The notes under the pieces are model-generated. The model was not told where the DNA came from and made no database searches. It saw only the letters and a program-made list of their open reading frames with translations. Position numbers and translations under genes: made by a program. From the NCBI GenBank assembly GCA_963695855.1, contig CAVOHZ010000003.1, positions 192,001 through 256,000 on the forward strand: a stretch of 64,000 nt of DNA. The letters are read 5' to 3'. Positions 40,384-50,684 of the stretch are shown here, piece by piece. Every line of letters starts with the position of its first letter. Positions within the stretch are counted from its first letter, which is position 1. This DNA is from an uncultured Nitrososphaerales archaeon. Lineage in GTDB: Archaea; Thermoproteota; Nitrososphaeria; Nitrososphaerales; Nitrososphaeraceae.

Positions 40384-41376
40384 TCATATCAATCCATTTT
40401 TACTATTTTTGGTAACAAGAAACAGTGGAGGTTTACCCTCAAAGATATTATATATATTGAGGGCTGCAACTTCTGACATTTTGGATCTGGTTTGTATCGT
40501 TGCACTGCCAATATGGGGAAGAATCACAACATTATTAAATTGCAACAAAGGATTAGATTTTTTAAGTGGTTCAGATTCAAAAACATCTAACCCTGCTCCT
40601 GCTATCCACTTTTTGCCTAGGGCGACAATAAGAGATTTTTCATTAATTACCGACCCTCTTGATGTATTTATTACAAATGTATTTTTATTCATCTTTTTAA
40701 AATCATTTATATCGATTAAATGATAATTTTCTTTTTGTAGACTTACATGGATTGTAAGAAAATCACTATTGTTTAATAATGTATCCTTGTCTACAAAATT
40801 AACGCCAAGTTTTTTTTCTTTATTTCTATTTAATCTGTGTCTACTATGATACAAGATATTCATATTAAATCCTCTTGCCCTTCTCGCTACTGCTGTACCT
40901 ATATTTCCTAATCCAAGAATTCCTAATGTAGAATTAAAGATGTTAGTTCCAAGAAACAAATTTGGCATCCAACCATAGTTCCATTTTTTACTTAAAACAT
41001 ATTTGTTTGCCTCAACTACTCTACGTCCTAAAGCAAGAATAAATGCAAAAGTCAAATCTGCTGTAGCCTCAGATAATATATCACCAGTATTAGTAACATA
41101 TATTCCTCTCTTTGTGGCTTCGTCGACATCAATATGTTCATATCCCGTACTAAAAGTACTTATTACTCTTAGATTATCACCCGCGGCATCCATTACGTCA
41201 GAATCAATTCTTTCGGATAAAGTGCATATGATCGCATCAACATTTTTTACTCTCTTTAGTATTTCATTTTTAGAGGGAGACGTATGTTTAAAACTCATAA
41301 AAACACTATATTTTTTTCTCAACAGATTAATTCCAGTTTCATCTATTCTACGTGTAACGTAGATTTTTTTCATCAT
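40384..41376 (-). CDS. D-2-hydroxyacid dehydrogenase (glyoxylate reductase-like)
   Basis: GYEHID, GLGNIG, NTSRG, GLDVFE.EP, PHIGSAT; ATG at 41376 chosen as start. Confidence 0.93.
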   Translation of the reverse strand: MMKKIYVTRRIDETGINLLRKKYSVFMSFKHTSPSKNEILKRVKNVDAIICTLSERIDSDVMDAAGDNLRVISTFSTGYEHIDVDEATKRGIYVTNTGDILSEATADLTFAFILALGRRVVEANKYVLSKKWNYGWMPNLFLGTNIFNSTLGILGLGNIGTAVARRARGFNMNILYHSRHRLNRNKEKKLGVNFVDKDTLLNNSDFLTIHVSLQKENYHLIDINDFKKMNKNTFVINTSRGSVINEKSLIVALGKKWIAGAGLDVFESEPLKKSNPLLQFNNVVILPHIGSATIQTRSKMSEVAALNIYNIFEGKPPLFLVTKNSKNGLI

Positions 41377-41487
41377 TATAATATAATTAACTTTATGTAA
41401 TATTATTGGATTCCTAGCAAATAACAATAATAAATTAAGGAAAAAGAAAGAATTAACAACCAGAGATAATGATATTTTTTAATAAAG

Positions 41488-42675
41488 TTGAGACGTGGAA
41501 CCGTAAATTTACCATTACACGTAGGACACGCTCCATCGTATTTAGTTAAGCGTATGATATCTTTGTCTTCTTCCATTTCAAAAATAATAATTGAAGAAAA
41601 GGGAACAAATGAATTCTTTAAAAAGATTTCCGACCCTCTTTGGTTTCAGGCTTTTGGTTGTGTTCTTGGATTTGATTGGCATTCATCTGGCTTGACTACA
41701 GTCGTTACAGGAGTTTTGAAGCAAGCACTAAGTAATGAATTTCACGGTGTCTCTATAGCAGGAGGAAAAGGAAAGAGATCTACAGCTGCAAAAATTGAGA
41801 TACCTAGACTGGCAGAAAAAAATTACAATCTTTCTACTGAGAAAATATCTAGATTGCTTTATGCCAGTAAAATGTCTGCCAAAGTAGATAACTCGGCAAT
41901 CCAAGACGGTTATACTCTTTATCATCATATAGTATTTTTTGATAAAAACGGAAATTGGACGATTATTCAGCAAGGATTAAATAAGAACAACAGAATGGCA
42001 AGAAGATATCACTGGATTTCTGATGATTTAAAAAGTTACATTATTGATCCACATAAAGGAATTATAAGTTCAGAAAGATTATCCAATGTATTGAATATGA
42101 CTTCAAAAGATTCAGAAGACAATAGAAAAACTTCTGTGGATGTAGCTAAAAGCGGTTCAGGATCAATACAATCTTCAATAAAAAAAATTACTCTCAAATT
42201 AAATCAAGTAAAATTGGACCCTTGGATTGAAAAAAAGAGTTACCAAATGAATTCTTCTAATAATATTAGTAGTTTTGAGTCAGCAATATATCAAGATTAT
42301 GAGATGCCACGGAGGTTGAATTGGAAAATCTTTCACAAAATCTACGATCTTCAGCCAAGGAATTATGAAGAATTATTAGATATTCAGGGCCTAGGGCCTG
42401 CAGCAATAAGAGCATTAGCACTAATATCAGAGATGATTTATGGAGATAAAGCCTCATGGAAGGATCCTGTGAAATTTACCTATGCGCACGGTGGAAAAGA
42501 TGGAGTTCCGTATCCTATCGCCAAAAAAACATACGATGAATCCATGAAATATTTAAGTGATGTCATAAAAGGATCGGAGAATAAAAATTATGAAAAGGAG
42601 AATGCGTTGAAAAGATTATCAAATTATTCAAATAATATTTTTAGAACCAACGAGTATGATTTTAATGCTAAATAA
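41488..42675 (+). CDS. DUF763 family protein
   Basis: LPLH.G.AP, DPLWFQAFGCVLGFDWHSSG, QDGY.LYHH, HGGKDGVPYP. Confidence 0.92.
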   Translation: MRRGTVNLPLHVGHAPSYLVKRMISLSSSISKIIIEEKGTNEFFKKISDPLWFQAFGCVLGFDWHSSGLTTVVTGVLKQALSNEFHGVSIAGGKGKRSTAAKIEIPRLAEKNYNLSTEKISRLLYASKMSAKVDNSAIQDGYTLYHHIVFFDKNGNWTIIQQGLNKNNRMARRYHWISDDLKSYIIDPHKGIISSERLSNVLNMTSKDSEDNRKTSVDVAKSGSGSIQSSIKKITLKLNQVKLDPWIEKKSYQMNSSNNISSFESAIYQDYEMPRRLNWKIFHKIYDLQPRNYEELLDIQGLGPAAIRALALISEMIYGDKASWKDPVKFTYAHGGKDGVPYPIAKKTYDESMKYLSDVIKGSENKNYEKENALKRLSNYSNNIFRTNEYDFNAK

Positions 42676-42834
42676 TAATACATGTTTAATTCACGAACGA
42701 TGTAAATATATGAGGCTGGGTCATAATTATTCCATTTTCATAACGAATAAAGCTAGTCTATTGGTGTATGATGTTTTGGTGAAACAGTATACAAGCCAAC
42801 AAACTAGCACAAAAGAGATCAACATCTATTCTAA

Positions 42835-43169
42835 TTAGTATTTTCCATTTGAATTGGTTTGAAAAAAACAGAACCGCTCCATGATATATTGTTATTTTCA
42901 ATAATTTTGCCTATACCGTATTCTTTAAATGTGGCAGTTTCATTGTTGTTATTGTTATCATTAGTTGTAATTATAACACCTTGACCTTCTCCCTACAATA
43001 CATCATAAGATATACGACTATTCCAATAAGTTACTATAATATCAACATCTACGTTATTCTTCAATTTACCTGTTGTCTTAATAGATACTTCTCTTTTTGA
43101 TGTTTTTGAATCAATCAATCTGACATCTGCACCTTTACTCTTTCGCATTAGTATTATTTCTCCTAATAT
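42835..43169 (-). pseudogene. Decayed copy 1 of a paralogous hypothetical family (VTYW...EGQGV...WEWK type)
   Basis: ILGEII../..DIIVTYWNSRISYDVL*GEGQGVIIT...GSVFFQTNSNGKY*; frameshift near the 5' end, in-frame TAG at 42993-42995, C-terminus missing. Confidence 0.75.
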
Positions 43170-43305
43170 CTATTAACGTATTCTAATAAAGTATATTTAT
43201 TTTCATTAATCTCACTATAATGAAGTTAATGTTAACAAAATAAATAATATGATTGTTTAAAAGATAATAATGAAACAATAAAATAAATTTTATATTTTTA
43301 TTTTA

Positions 43306-43724
43306 TTATCTCCATTCCCAAATTTTACCATTGGTATTACCATTTTCATCTGCTTCATATTCAAAAAGTCCAACCTTATTGTCTAGGAATGCTAGTTTTC
43401 CATTTGTATAAGTCTTAAAAAATATTGAACCTCTATCTGTTCTATTACGACCATTATATCGTGCTATTCCACCTCCTTTCCATGCTACAATTTCTCCATC
43501 TTTAGTTAAAGCAACACCTTGACCTTCTGCATAGAATGTTTTTCTATCCCCTTCAGATGGTTTACTCCAATAAGTTACTATATCTGTAACCTCAATTCCA
43601 TTTATAATAATACCAGTACCTGTAATGGTAGTCTCTATTGTTGGACCTTCGATGTCTAAAAGATGTCTAAAACTCTATAGCCTGATATCTTACCTTTGTG
43701 TTCATAAATGATATCTCCTAACAC
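43306..43724 (-). pseudogene. Copy 2 of the same family, frameshifted by an 11-bp tandem duplication
   Basis: Removing one GATGTCTAAAA (43651-43661 / 43662-43672) restores a continuous ORF MLGDIIYEHKGKISGYRVLDIEGPT...VTYW...EGQGV...GKIWEWR. Confidence 0.85.
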
Positions 43725-44037
43725 AAGTAATTGCTTAAATACAGTTGTATATAGGTTTGACCTTGATTATCTTGATTCTCATTCAATTTCCGAAAGTATT
43801 GTATTGTTTATTTAGATAATGATATTATTATTTTTTATTATTAGAATATATTTTAATTTTGTATTATCAGAAGATACAGAAATGTGAAATATCTGCAGGA
43901 TAAAGTAATACCGATAGGGGTTCTAAAATAAGATTCTAAGATATGGTAATAAAGAGATAATACAAATACAAAATATTGTAATTTTTGAATTACTATATTC
44001 TAATAAATAATTTAATATAAAAAAATTTTATTTTATT

Positions 44038-44334
44038 TTATTTTCTTCTTGCTATTATGGTATAAGTTTTTTCAACATACCAACGTATTGTATCTTTGAA
44101 TCCAGACCACCATTCAAAAAATGAGTCACTTGTTTCAGCTTGAAACATCAACAATCCATTATATTCAGTTCCCCATGCATGATTGAATTCATCTATAAGT
44201 TCAATTCCTTCTGGTAAAGTATTTTTTAATTTGTTCCATTCATTGTTAGCTCTATCCTTTTCCTCACTTGACATTGGTCTGAATTTATAAAATACCAAAA
44301 AAGTTGTACCATGCTGAGTTGTATGATGAATCAT
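44038..44334 (-). CDS. Small hypothetical protein, possibly dimeric alpha+beta barrel-like
   Basis: 98 aa ORF, HAWGTEYNG motif; fold is a guess. Confidence 0.65.
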   Translation of the reverse strand: MIHHTTQHGTTFLVFYKFRPMSSEEKDRANNEWNKLKNTLPEGIELIDEFNHAWGTEYNGLLMFQAETSDSFFEWWSGFKDTIRWYVEKTYTIIARRK

Positions 44335-44504
44335 TCTATTATTATATACTTGATATAGAAACTAATAAAGAATTCTTAAGTGGATTCTTTAACTATATGA
44401 AAATTATGTCTCGGTATGATAATTTCGTGAAATCTTAAATTTTGTACCAATTCTATTTTATTGAATTAAATTTTTCAGATATCCAAAAAGTTTTTAATTC
44501 AGAA

Positions 44505-44798
44505 TTAGGCTGGATGTTTCCATTCCCATACTTTATAGAGAATATTCCCATCTTTATCTACTGATGCTTCATGAACTCCTACTAGGTTATTCAGAAATGA
44601 TAATTTTCCATTATTTGAAGAACGGTAGAAATTAGAACCAGAAACTACTTTTGGAAGAGTATGAGGCTCAATGTAATATACTAGACGAGGAACATTATGA
44701 TGCTCGATGTGATTATTCAAGGTCAGAATGTGCTCAAATATTTCCTCCTGAGTACTACTCAAGATTTCAAACTTGCACAGGTGACGTAGGCTGGCCAA
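44505..44798 (-). pseudogene. Chimeric remnant containing the C-terminus of a third copy of the WEWK family
   Basis: GSNFYRSSNNGKLSFLNNLVGVHEASVDKDGNILYKVWEWK aligns by eye with copy 2's GSIFFKTYTNGKLAFLDNKVGLFEYEADENGNTNGKIWEWR; N-terminal half unrelated. Confidence 0.7.
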
Positions 44799-45063
44799 AT
44801 CCTAATCCTTAACATTTTTTTATTTGCTTCCTTCATTATTTTTTGACCGTCTAATATCCTGATTCATACAAATAATTTTCAAACTTAAAAATTGTATTGA
44901 TTTATCTTTATCTGTATAGTATAACTTATTCAAATTTTGGTTATATGATAATTCTATGGATTGAGCCCTTGTATAAAGTGGGACCAGTTACTTTAAAGTA
45001 GATATGGAGTTTAGATATCTTTTGCAAATAACATCAATTTAAATTGAGAATTAAAAAAAGGGA

Positions 45064-46059
45064 TTATGGAAGATACTCAAAGTCTACTTCTTGAAGTACT
45101 CGTTTTACATTTTCATCAAGATTATTACATTTATTTTTAGCCTCTACTAATAGTCTTTCAAGATGTGAATCAATTATATCATCTATTAAAGCAGGTGATA
45201 CATTCTCATCACCTAATATATCTTCAATATTTGTCCTTGTCGGTTCATCTGTTCCACCTATTAGCAGATCCCATGTTATGAGATCGATAACAAGATCACC
45301 ACATCTAACTTCCACATTGTTGTTTGCTATAGATGTTGAATCTACTATTTCAACAGAATTTATAAATATCCATTCTGCTTCATCAAAAGACATCTCTACT
45401 ACAATTTTATATTCTTGAAGAACTATATTTCTAGGAATAGTAAAATCAAAGTTTGCACAATCCTCTATAGAAAGATTACCACAATCATTACTTCCAAGTT
45501 CCAGTGTTGGGATAGAATTTTCTGCAATATTATTATCAGATATAGAAATAGATGTTAAATATACTTTAACATTATCAGGGGCTAAACTTGCATCACATCT
45601 GTCGTCAGGATCACATTGTAATTCAAGAGCTAAGTTAGTATCATCTTTATCTAATCGCATATTAGGAACAGCTGTAGCACTGATATCATGGTCTATTACT
45701 GGGAGACCTCCAAAATCAAGAGAAAAATCGGCTCCAAATTTGTATTGGCCATTTGTATGATTTATTACAACTAATGGTATCTGGTTAAATGGAACTGGAT
45801 TAAATTGATTCAGTCCTCCAGCTATAGTAGTAGTATTAGTTTGATTTTGTCGTGCGATAGTATTAGTAGTATTAGTAGTATTAGTAGTATTAGTAGTATT
45901 AGTAGTATTAGTAGTATTAGTAGTATTAGTAGTATTACTAGTATTAGTTTGATCTTGTGCAGCTATAGCATTAGTACTTATTAGTAAAAATAATACACTA
46001 ATTGCAATACCTATTATGTATCCATAATTAAATTTTTTAGTCATAAATACGCTCTTCAA
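45064..46059 (-). CDS. Secreted acidic protein with (NTT)n repeat
   Basis: Signal peptide, NTS-(NTT)8 tract, six Cys. Confidence 0.8.
   Translation of the reverse strand: MKSVFMTKKFNYGYIIGIAISVLFLLISTNAIAAQDQTNTSNTTNTTNTTNTTNTTNTTNTTNTTNTIARQNQTNTTTIAGGLNQFNPVPFNQIPLVVINHTNGQYKFGADFSLDFGGLPVIDHDISATAVPNMRLDKDDTNLALELQCDPDDRCDASLAPDNVKVYLTSISISDNNIAENSIPTLELGSNDCGNLSIEDCANFDFTIPRNIVLQEYKIVVEMSFDEAEWIFINSVEIVDSTSIANNNVEVRCGDLVIDLITWDLLIGGTDEPTRTNIEDILGDENVSPALIDDIIDSHLERLLVEAKNKCNNLDENVKRVLQEVDFEYLP
45865..45936. repeat. 9-bp coding tandem repeat, 8 perfect copies
   Basis: (AGTAGTATT)x8, encoding Asn-Thr-Thr on the minus strand. Confidence 0.95.
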
Positions 46060-46322
46060 ATAATAATATAAAAATATATTGCTCTTAATAAATCGTGAAA
46101 ATTTTTATTATCAAATTTGAAAGCAAATAATATTAAATAATAATAACAACTAACTATCAAAGGTTGATAAAAATAAATATCTCTCAATATATTTTAGAAC
46201 AAAAATGTTCAATTCAATCCGAATATGAGAAAACTATTTGCTTGTTAAAATTGGTAATTAGAAAACATAAGCTATTTGGTATAACTCTTAACAGAACCCT
46301 TAAAAGATACCAACAGAATATT

Positions 46323-46517
46323 TTAGTCGACATCAACAATCTTTTCCAAATATATTTTATGTTTTTGAATATGGCATTTTTCACTACAAAAATAGTCTAT
46401 GAATATGTAACACAATATTGGATTTTGCTTAATACTTTTTCCACAAGTATTGCAATATAAAAATGTCTTAGTAGCAAATACTTTATTATTAATGATATTA
46501 TGTGTGAGTTTCTGCAT
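46323..46517 (-). CDS. Small TRASH/MYM-like Zn-finger protein
   Basis: CNTCGK...YFCSEKC. Confidence 0.6.
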   Translation of the reverse strand: MQKLTHNIINNKVFATKTFLYCNTCGKSIKQNPILCYIFIDYFCSEKCHIQKHKIYLEKIVDVD

Positions 46518-46858
46518 TTATGTTCCAATCACTTTCATTTTTCATTGATTCGGGGCCAAATCCTTGAAATCTACCATTATCAACAGAAAGAAAGGTCTCA
46601 TTTACCTTTGAATTATTATTATAAGTTTTACAACAATGAAGATTTAATAATTGTAACGTTCTCATACGATATATTTTAATTAAGATTATAAAAGATTTTT
46701 TATCTTCTTTTTTTACATTAAAAGCAATGCAAAGACAGTGTATAGCTAGTAAAACTTTTTCGGCGCCTCAAAATTCTTATTGCATCACTTATTTTAATTG
46801 GGGACTGTATAAGAAATAAGTTTAATACCATAATTAATTTTAGTTACCTTTATCTAAA

Positions 46859-47206
46859 GTGAAAATATTCATCTTCTACTCTAGAAGAGATGCTACACAT
46901 TATGTAGAGCATATCTACGAGTATTTGAAAGATTTCGGTCATGATATTTTTACTGATACAAAAAATATTCGAGGAGGTGAAGTATGGAGCGAGGTAATAG
47001 GAAATAATATTTCTATTTGTGATTATTTTGTTATAATACTTACTCCTGCCTCTCTAAATAGTCCAGAAGTTGAGAAAGAAGTTTTATTTGCAATAGACAA
47101 AGAAAAAAATATACAAAAGAAAACATTGGTAAACCTCCACAATTTTGTCAATACGTACAAAGAGAACCAAAAGGAGAACGTTTTTATTTCAAGAAAGTAC
47201 GGATGA
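46859..47206 (+). CDS. TIR-domain protein, apparently truncated
   Basis: KIFIFYSRRD, FTD...I.GG..W...I...I..CD.F..ILTP.SL.S..V.KE (catalytic-Glu position kept); sequence diverges from a TIR fold after ~aa 85. Confidence 0.8.
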   Translation: MKIFIFYSRRDATHYVEHIYEYLKDFGHDIFTDTKNIRGGEVWSEVIGNNISICDYFVIILTPASLNSPEVEKEVLFAIDKEKNIQKKTLVNLHNFVNTYKENQKENVFISRKYG

Positions 47207-47919
47207 TTTCGCAGAAAATGAAGAGGAGCGTCTAAGACGTTTTATAGATCGTATCTTATCATACAATCCTTCTGCAATTATAGACATATATAGAATGGCT
47301 AGTTCCGAAGGTGACTTTAATCTTAACCAAGGTCTTTCTTGCTATAGGGCCCGTACTGCAGCATTCCTTTTAGAAAGTGCAGGATTGGTTAATACTATAA
47401 GGTCGATTGAGGCATTAGGGGAGATTTATAACACAAATAACGACCCAAAATTTCGTGCTGTTGACATCGATGTAATGACTCTATACCTAAACCTCTTCCT
47501 TCACATTCACCTTCCCCTCCTAATATTGGTTTTATTGATTGTAATAATGATCCTTTTGTTGAAGCCAATATAATGGCAGCTGCTAGAGAGGCATTTATCA
47601 CAGTTTATAAAATGAATTGTATTAAAAGTGATTCTTTGAAAAACGCCATACTGATGAGTTTTATGGTCTAATCATAGACTGTTATAAAGGTGATCAGTAT
47701 AGTCCATGTGGTAGCGCTCGGATGTTATTTTCACAAACTGTTGATATCTATTCTGTTGCTCTCGATCCTTCAAAATGTGGTCCATTAGCATCAACTATAT
47801 TACATGAAGTTGTACACCTAATCGAAAATAGAATTTTTGGTGGTCATGGTGTTCTTGCTGATGCATGCGAAAAATCATGTTTTGGTCATGGTTCAGGAGA
47901 TGCATCAAAATGCAAATAA
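47110..47919 (+). pseudogene. Frameshifted remnant: OmpA-like domain + Pro linker + Cys-rich HExxH domain
   Basis: Joined across frameshifts: IGKPPQFC..GERF/LFQESTDDF..ASSEG..N..LSCYRA..FRAVDI/PKPLPSHSPSPP..C../..CGPLASTILHEVVHL..CEKSCF. Confidence 0.65.
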
Positions 47920-48370
47920 TTCTCCTGTTGAATAATCGGATATTGTACATGAGATGTCGAAAAGAGGCGGCAAGGCAAGTTATAGTTAAAACAAAGGTAG
48001 AAAATACAAGAGATCATCTGAATTTGCAGATACCTCTACAGATCAAGATAATAACAAGAATAGAAAATAATAAAAGTATTGGATTTAATTGAAATAGAAA
48101 AAATTACCTAAAGGATTTGAACCTTATTCTAACTCGAACAACATTTCCAAAGTGTATTGATTACATTCATTTTTTTAAAGAATTGATATTTATTAAATAA
48201 TAATTCAATTCTATCACTTGTAAAAATTCAGTTCTCAATTCAATTCAAAAGGTTTTCTAGAAATACATTAAATTAGATGAATATGAAATTATTTAGCAAA
48301 ACATATCGTTCATTTTTATCATCATCATCTTAAACATGATAACAATGACTATGTGATATATAGTATATAT

Positions 48371-48436
48371 CTGACTTTTCTGACTATTTTGACAGTTTTT
48401 CTGACTATTTTGACAATTATTCTGACTTTTCTGACT
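48371..48436 (+). repeat. Array of TGAC-core direct repeats phased at 21 bp
   Basis: CTGACTATTTTGACA at 48380 and 48401, CTGACTTTTCTGACT at 48422 and 48371; 7 TGAC cores spaced 9,9,12,9,12,9. Confidence 0.85.
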
Positions 48437-48440
48437 GGTC

Positions 48441-48448
48441 TTTAAATA
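48441..48448 (+). promoter_or_regulatory. TATA box of the 48469 gene
   Basis: TTTAAATA ~25 nt before the ATG, consistent with a leaderless transcript. Confidence 0.6.
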
Positions 48449-48468
48449 TATTAATTTGAAGTAATATT

Positions 48469-49836
48469 ATGCCCAGATACATATCTCCGGAGCAAAAATT
48501 ATCTGTTATTGGAGATTGGCTTGATGGAGACAGTAGAGAAGAAATTGCTATAAAACAGAATATTGGAAGTGGGACAGTTTATAATATTGTTAATGAATGG
48601 AGCAATAGTATTGGTTTTGAAAAAGCAGCTGTATTGAGAGAATTAGCCATACAATTAAAGAACAATGGATTAACTGTAAATGATTGTGCTAAAGGATTTA
48701 GGACGGTGATGATTTTTAAAAAGTATGGAATAAAAGAAGAAGATGAATTAGGAGACAGAGTTACTTATTTTTTAAAGGAGATCTACTTGAAATGTCAAGA
48801 GGCTAATTTATCAGTGCAAAAAGTCTTTCTGTATATTTATGATATCATAAATTTTTCCAATGAAATTTCTATCTCTCAAATACCTCAATTTCTGAAAGAA
48901 AAGACAGAGGAAAAAGAAAGATTAGAAGCTTCTATCCAAAAGTTGTCTCAAAAAATAAATGAACTAGAAAATATAAAAAATGAAAAAGATCAAGAAATAC
49001 AAAATTTGTCAGAACTGGCAGAAAGAATGTCCAATCTTTATAATTTATTTATTACGGCAAAACACAAATTGGACAAATATGAAATAGATATGAAAAACTT
49101 AAATCAGTTTGTAAATTGCGTAGTTGGAATAGCAAAGGAGAATTATGATGTTACCAAAGTCTTAGAATTAATTGGAGATTATGAGAATTTACTAAATTAT
49201 ATAGAACTTTATAAAAATGAAGTACAAGTAAAGAAAGCTGAATTGGATAAACTGGATAAAGATATAAACTATTATAACGGTTTGCTAAACACATACAGAA
49301 TAAAATCAGATATTATAGATAAATTGGAAAGAATGGGTTTTGGCATTAATGACTTGGAAATTTTATATGATACTTTAATTGAAATTGCTAGAGAAAATAA
49401 TAATAAAAGTATAGATGAAATAAAAAAAGAATTTTTTAATGATTTGAAAAGTTATGAAGAAGTAATTAGGTCAAGAAATGAAAGAGACAGATTAAAAAGT
49501 GAACTTAAAAATCTAGAGATGTTAAAGATAAAAGAAAGAGAAAGATATAATTCATATCCAAAAGTAATACAAAGTATAGAAAGATTATCAAACGCTGGAA
49601 TTGATGAAAATGATATTTTAGCAATAGATAAAATTATATCAATGGCTGGCATCGATCATCATCTGTACAAGGATAAAACTAAATATAAACAAAATTTAAT
49701 TGATGATTTACAAAAATATGGAAATTTAAAGTCAGCTATAAAAAATCTACAAGATAATAAAAGAAAGAAAACAACTTTAAAGTCTGTGAAAAAGACACAA
49801 CCACAACGAAGGCAGAAGAAACAAAAAAAGGAATGA
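48469..49836 (+). CDS. N-terminal HTH + long coiled-coil protein
   Basis: WLDGDSREEIAIKQNIGSGTVYNIVNEW HTH; extensive E/K/L heptads; basic C-terminal tail. Confidence 0.8.
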   Translation: MPRYISPEQKLSVIGDWLDGDSREEIAIKQNIGSGTVYNIVNEWSNSIGFEKAAVLRELAIQLKNNGLTVNDCAKGFRTVMIFKKYGIKEEDELGDRVTYFLKEIYLKCQEANLSVQKVFLYIYDIINFSNEISISQIPQFLKEKTEEKERLEASIQKLSQKINELENIKNEKDQEIQNLSELAERMSNLYNLFITAKHKLDKYEIDMKNLNQFVNCVVGIAKENYDVTKVLELIGDYENLLNYIELYKNEVQVKKAELDKLDKDINYYNGLLNTYRIKSDIIDKLERMGFGINDLEILYDTLIEIARENNNKSIDEIKKEFFNDLKSYEEVIRSRNERDRLKSELKNLEMLKIKERERYNSYPKVIQSIERLSNAGIDENDILAIDKIISMAGIDHHLYKDKTKYKQNLIDDLQKYGNLKSAIKNLQDNKRKKTTLKSVKKTQPQRRQKKQKKE

Positions 49837-50684
49837 ACCAAACATCAACTATCAAAGATACAATACAAGAAAAAAATGATAATTAAATATTTTTGCTGTT
49901 GTTTCTATAAATATTATTTGACAAAAATTAATTGGTAGCCATTTCGTTATTGCTAATAATAATTATACTAATATTAATTAATAAAAAAATTTAGTAAAAC
50001 GGAAATTAACACACAGTAATAAAAGAAGAAAATACTACTAAATTATTTTTTTCTGAATTTTCTTTAAATAATAGATAAAGCAAAGTAAAAAAGCAATCAA
50101 TATACATAAAAATATTTATGATATTCTTTAAGAACATAATAACAGATAGCATTATAAGCATTATAAGACATGTTTTCGGAAGCTATTTACTCTATATCAA
50201 AGAGATACTTTATGCTTTTTTTACCATCGTGTCAATAACCTGTACACTATCATTTACCAATATATTGAGCCAAGTATCCGCTGTCGAAGATGGAATGATC
50301 AATCACAATGCTACAATCATGCATGCAACACTAGCATATGACCAGAAATAATAAATCGATTAAACAAGTACTTTTAAAACCTTTATTTTTTTAAATGAAA
50401 ATCCTCATAATGAAGAAAATTAACGTTATGAGTACCGAAAATGATATAAATATTTATTTATCAAATTTGGAGGGTTTAGATAATGTTGTTTAATTCAAAA
50501 GAAAATTTTATTAGTAAATACTATATTGAAAATAACAAAAAACCAAATATAACGTCATTACTATAACATTAAGATATATTATGTTTCTATTATTTTAATC
50601 ATTTATACAGGTTACAACCAAAATATCACGACTATAATTAGACTAAACTTTTATATTCTAAATAGAGAAATCTGTTAATCTATC

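Noticed and set aside
48371-48436. Repeat array as a mini-CRISPR
   Set aside because: Units are 15 bp with 6-bp gaps and no unique spacers; no cas genes and no CRISPR array were seen in the window
50118-50351. 77-aa ORF with a signal-peptide-like stretch
   Set aside because: It ends right after the hydrophobic segment; it may be a remnant but cannot be supported
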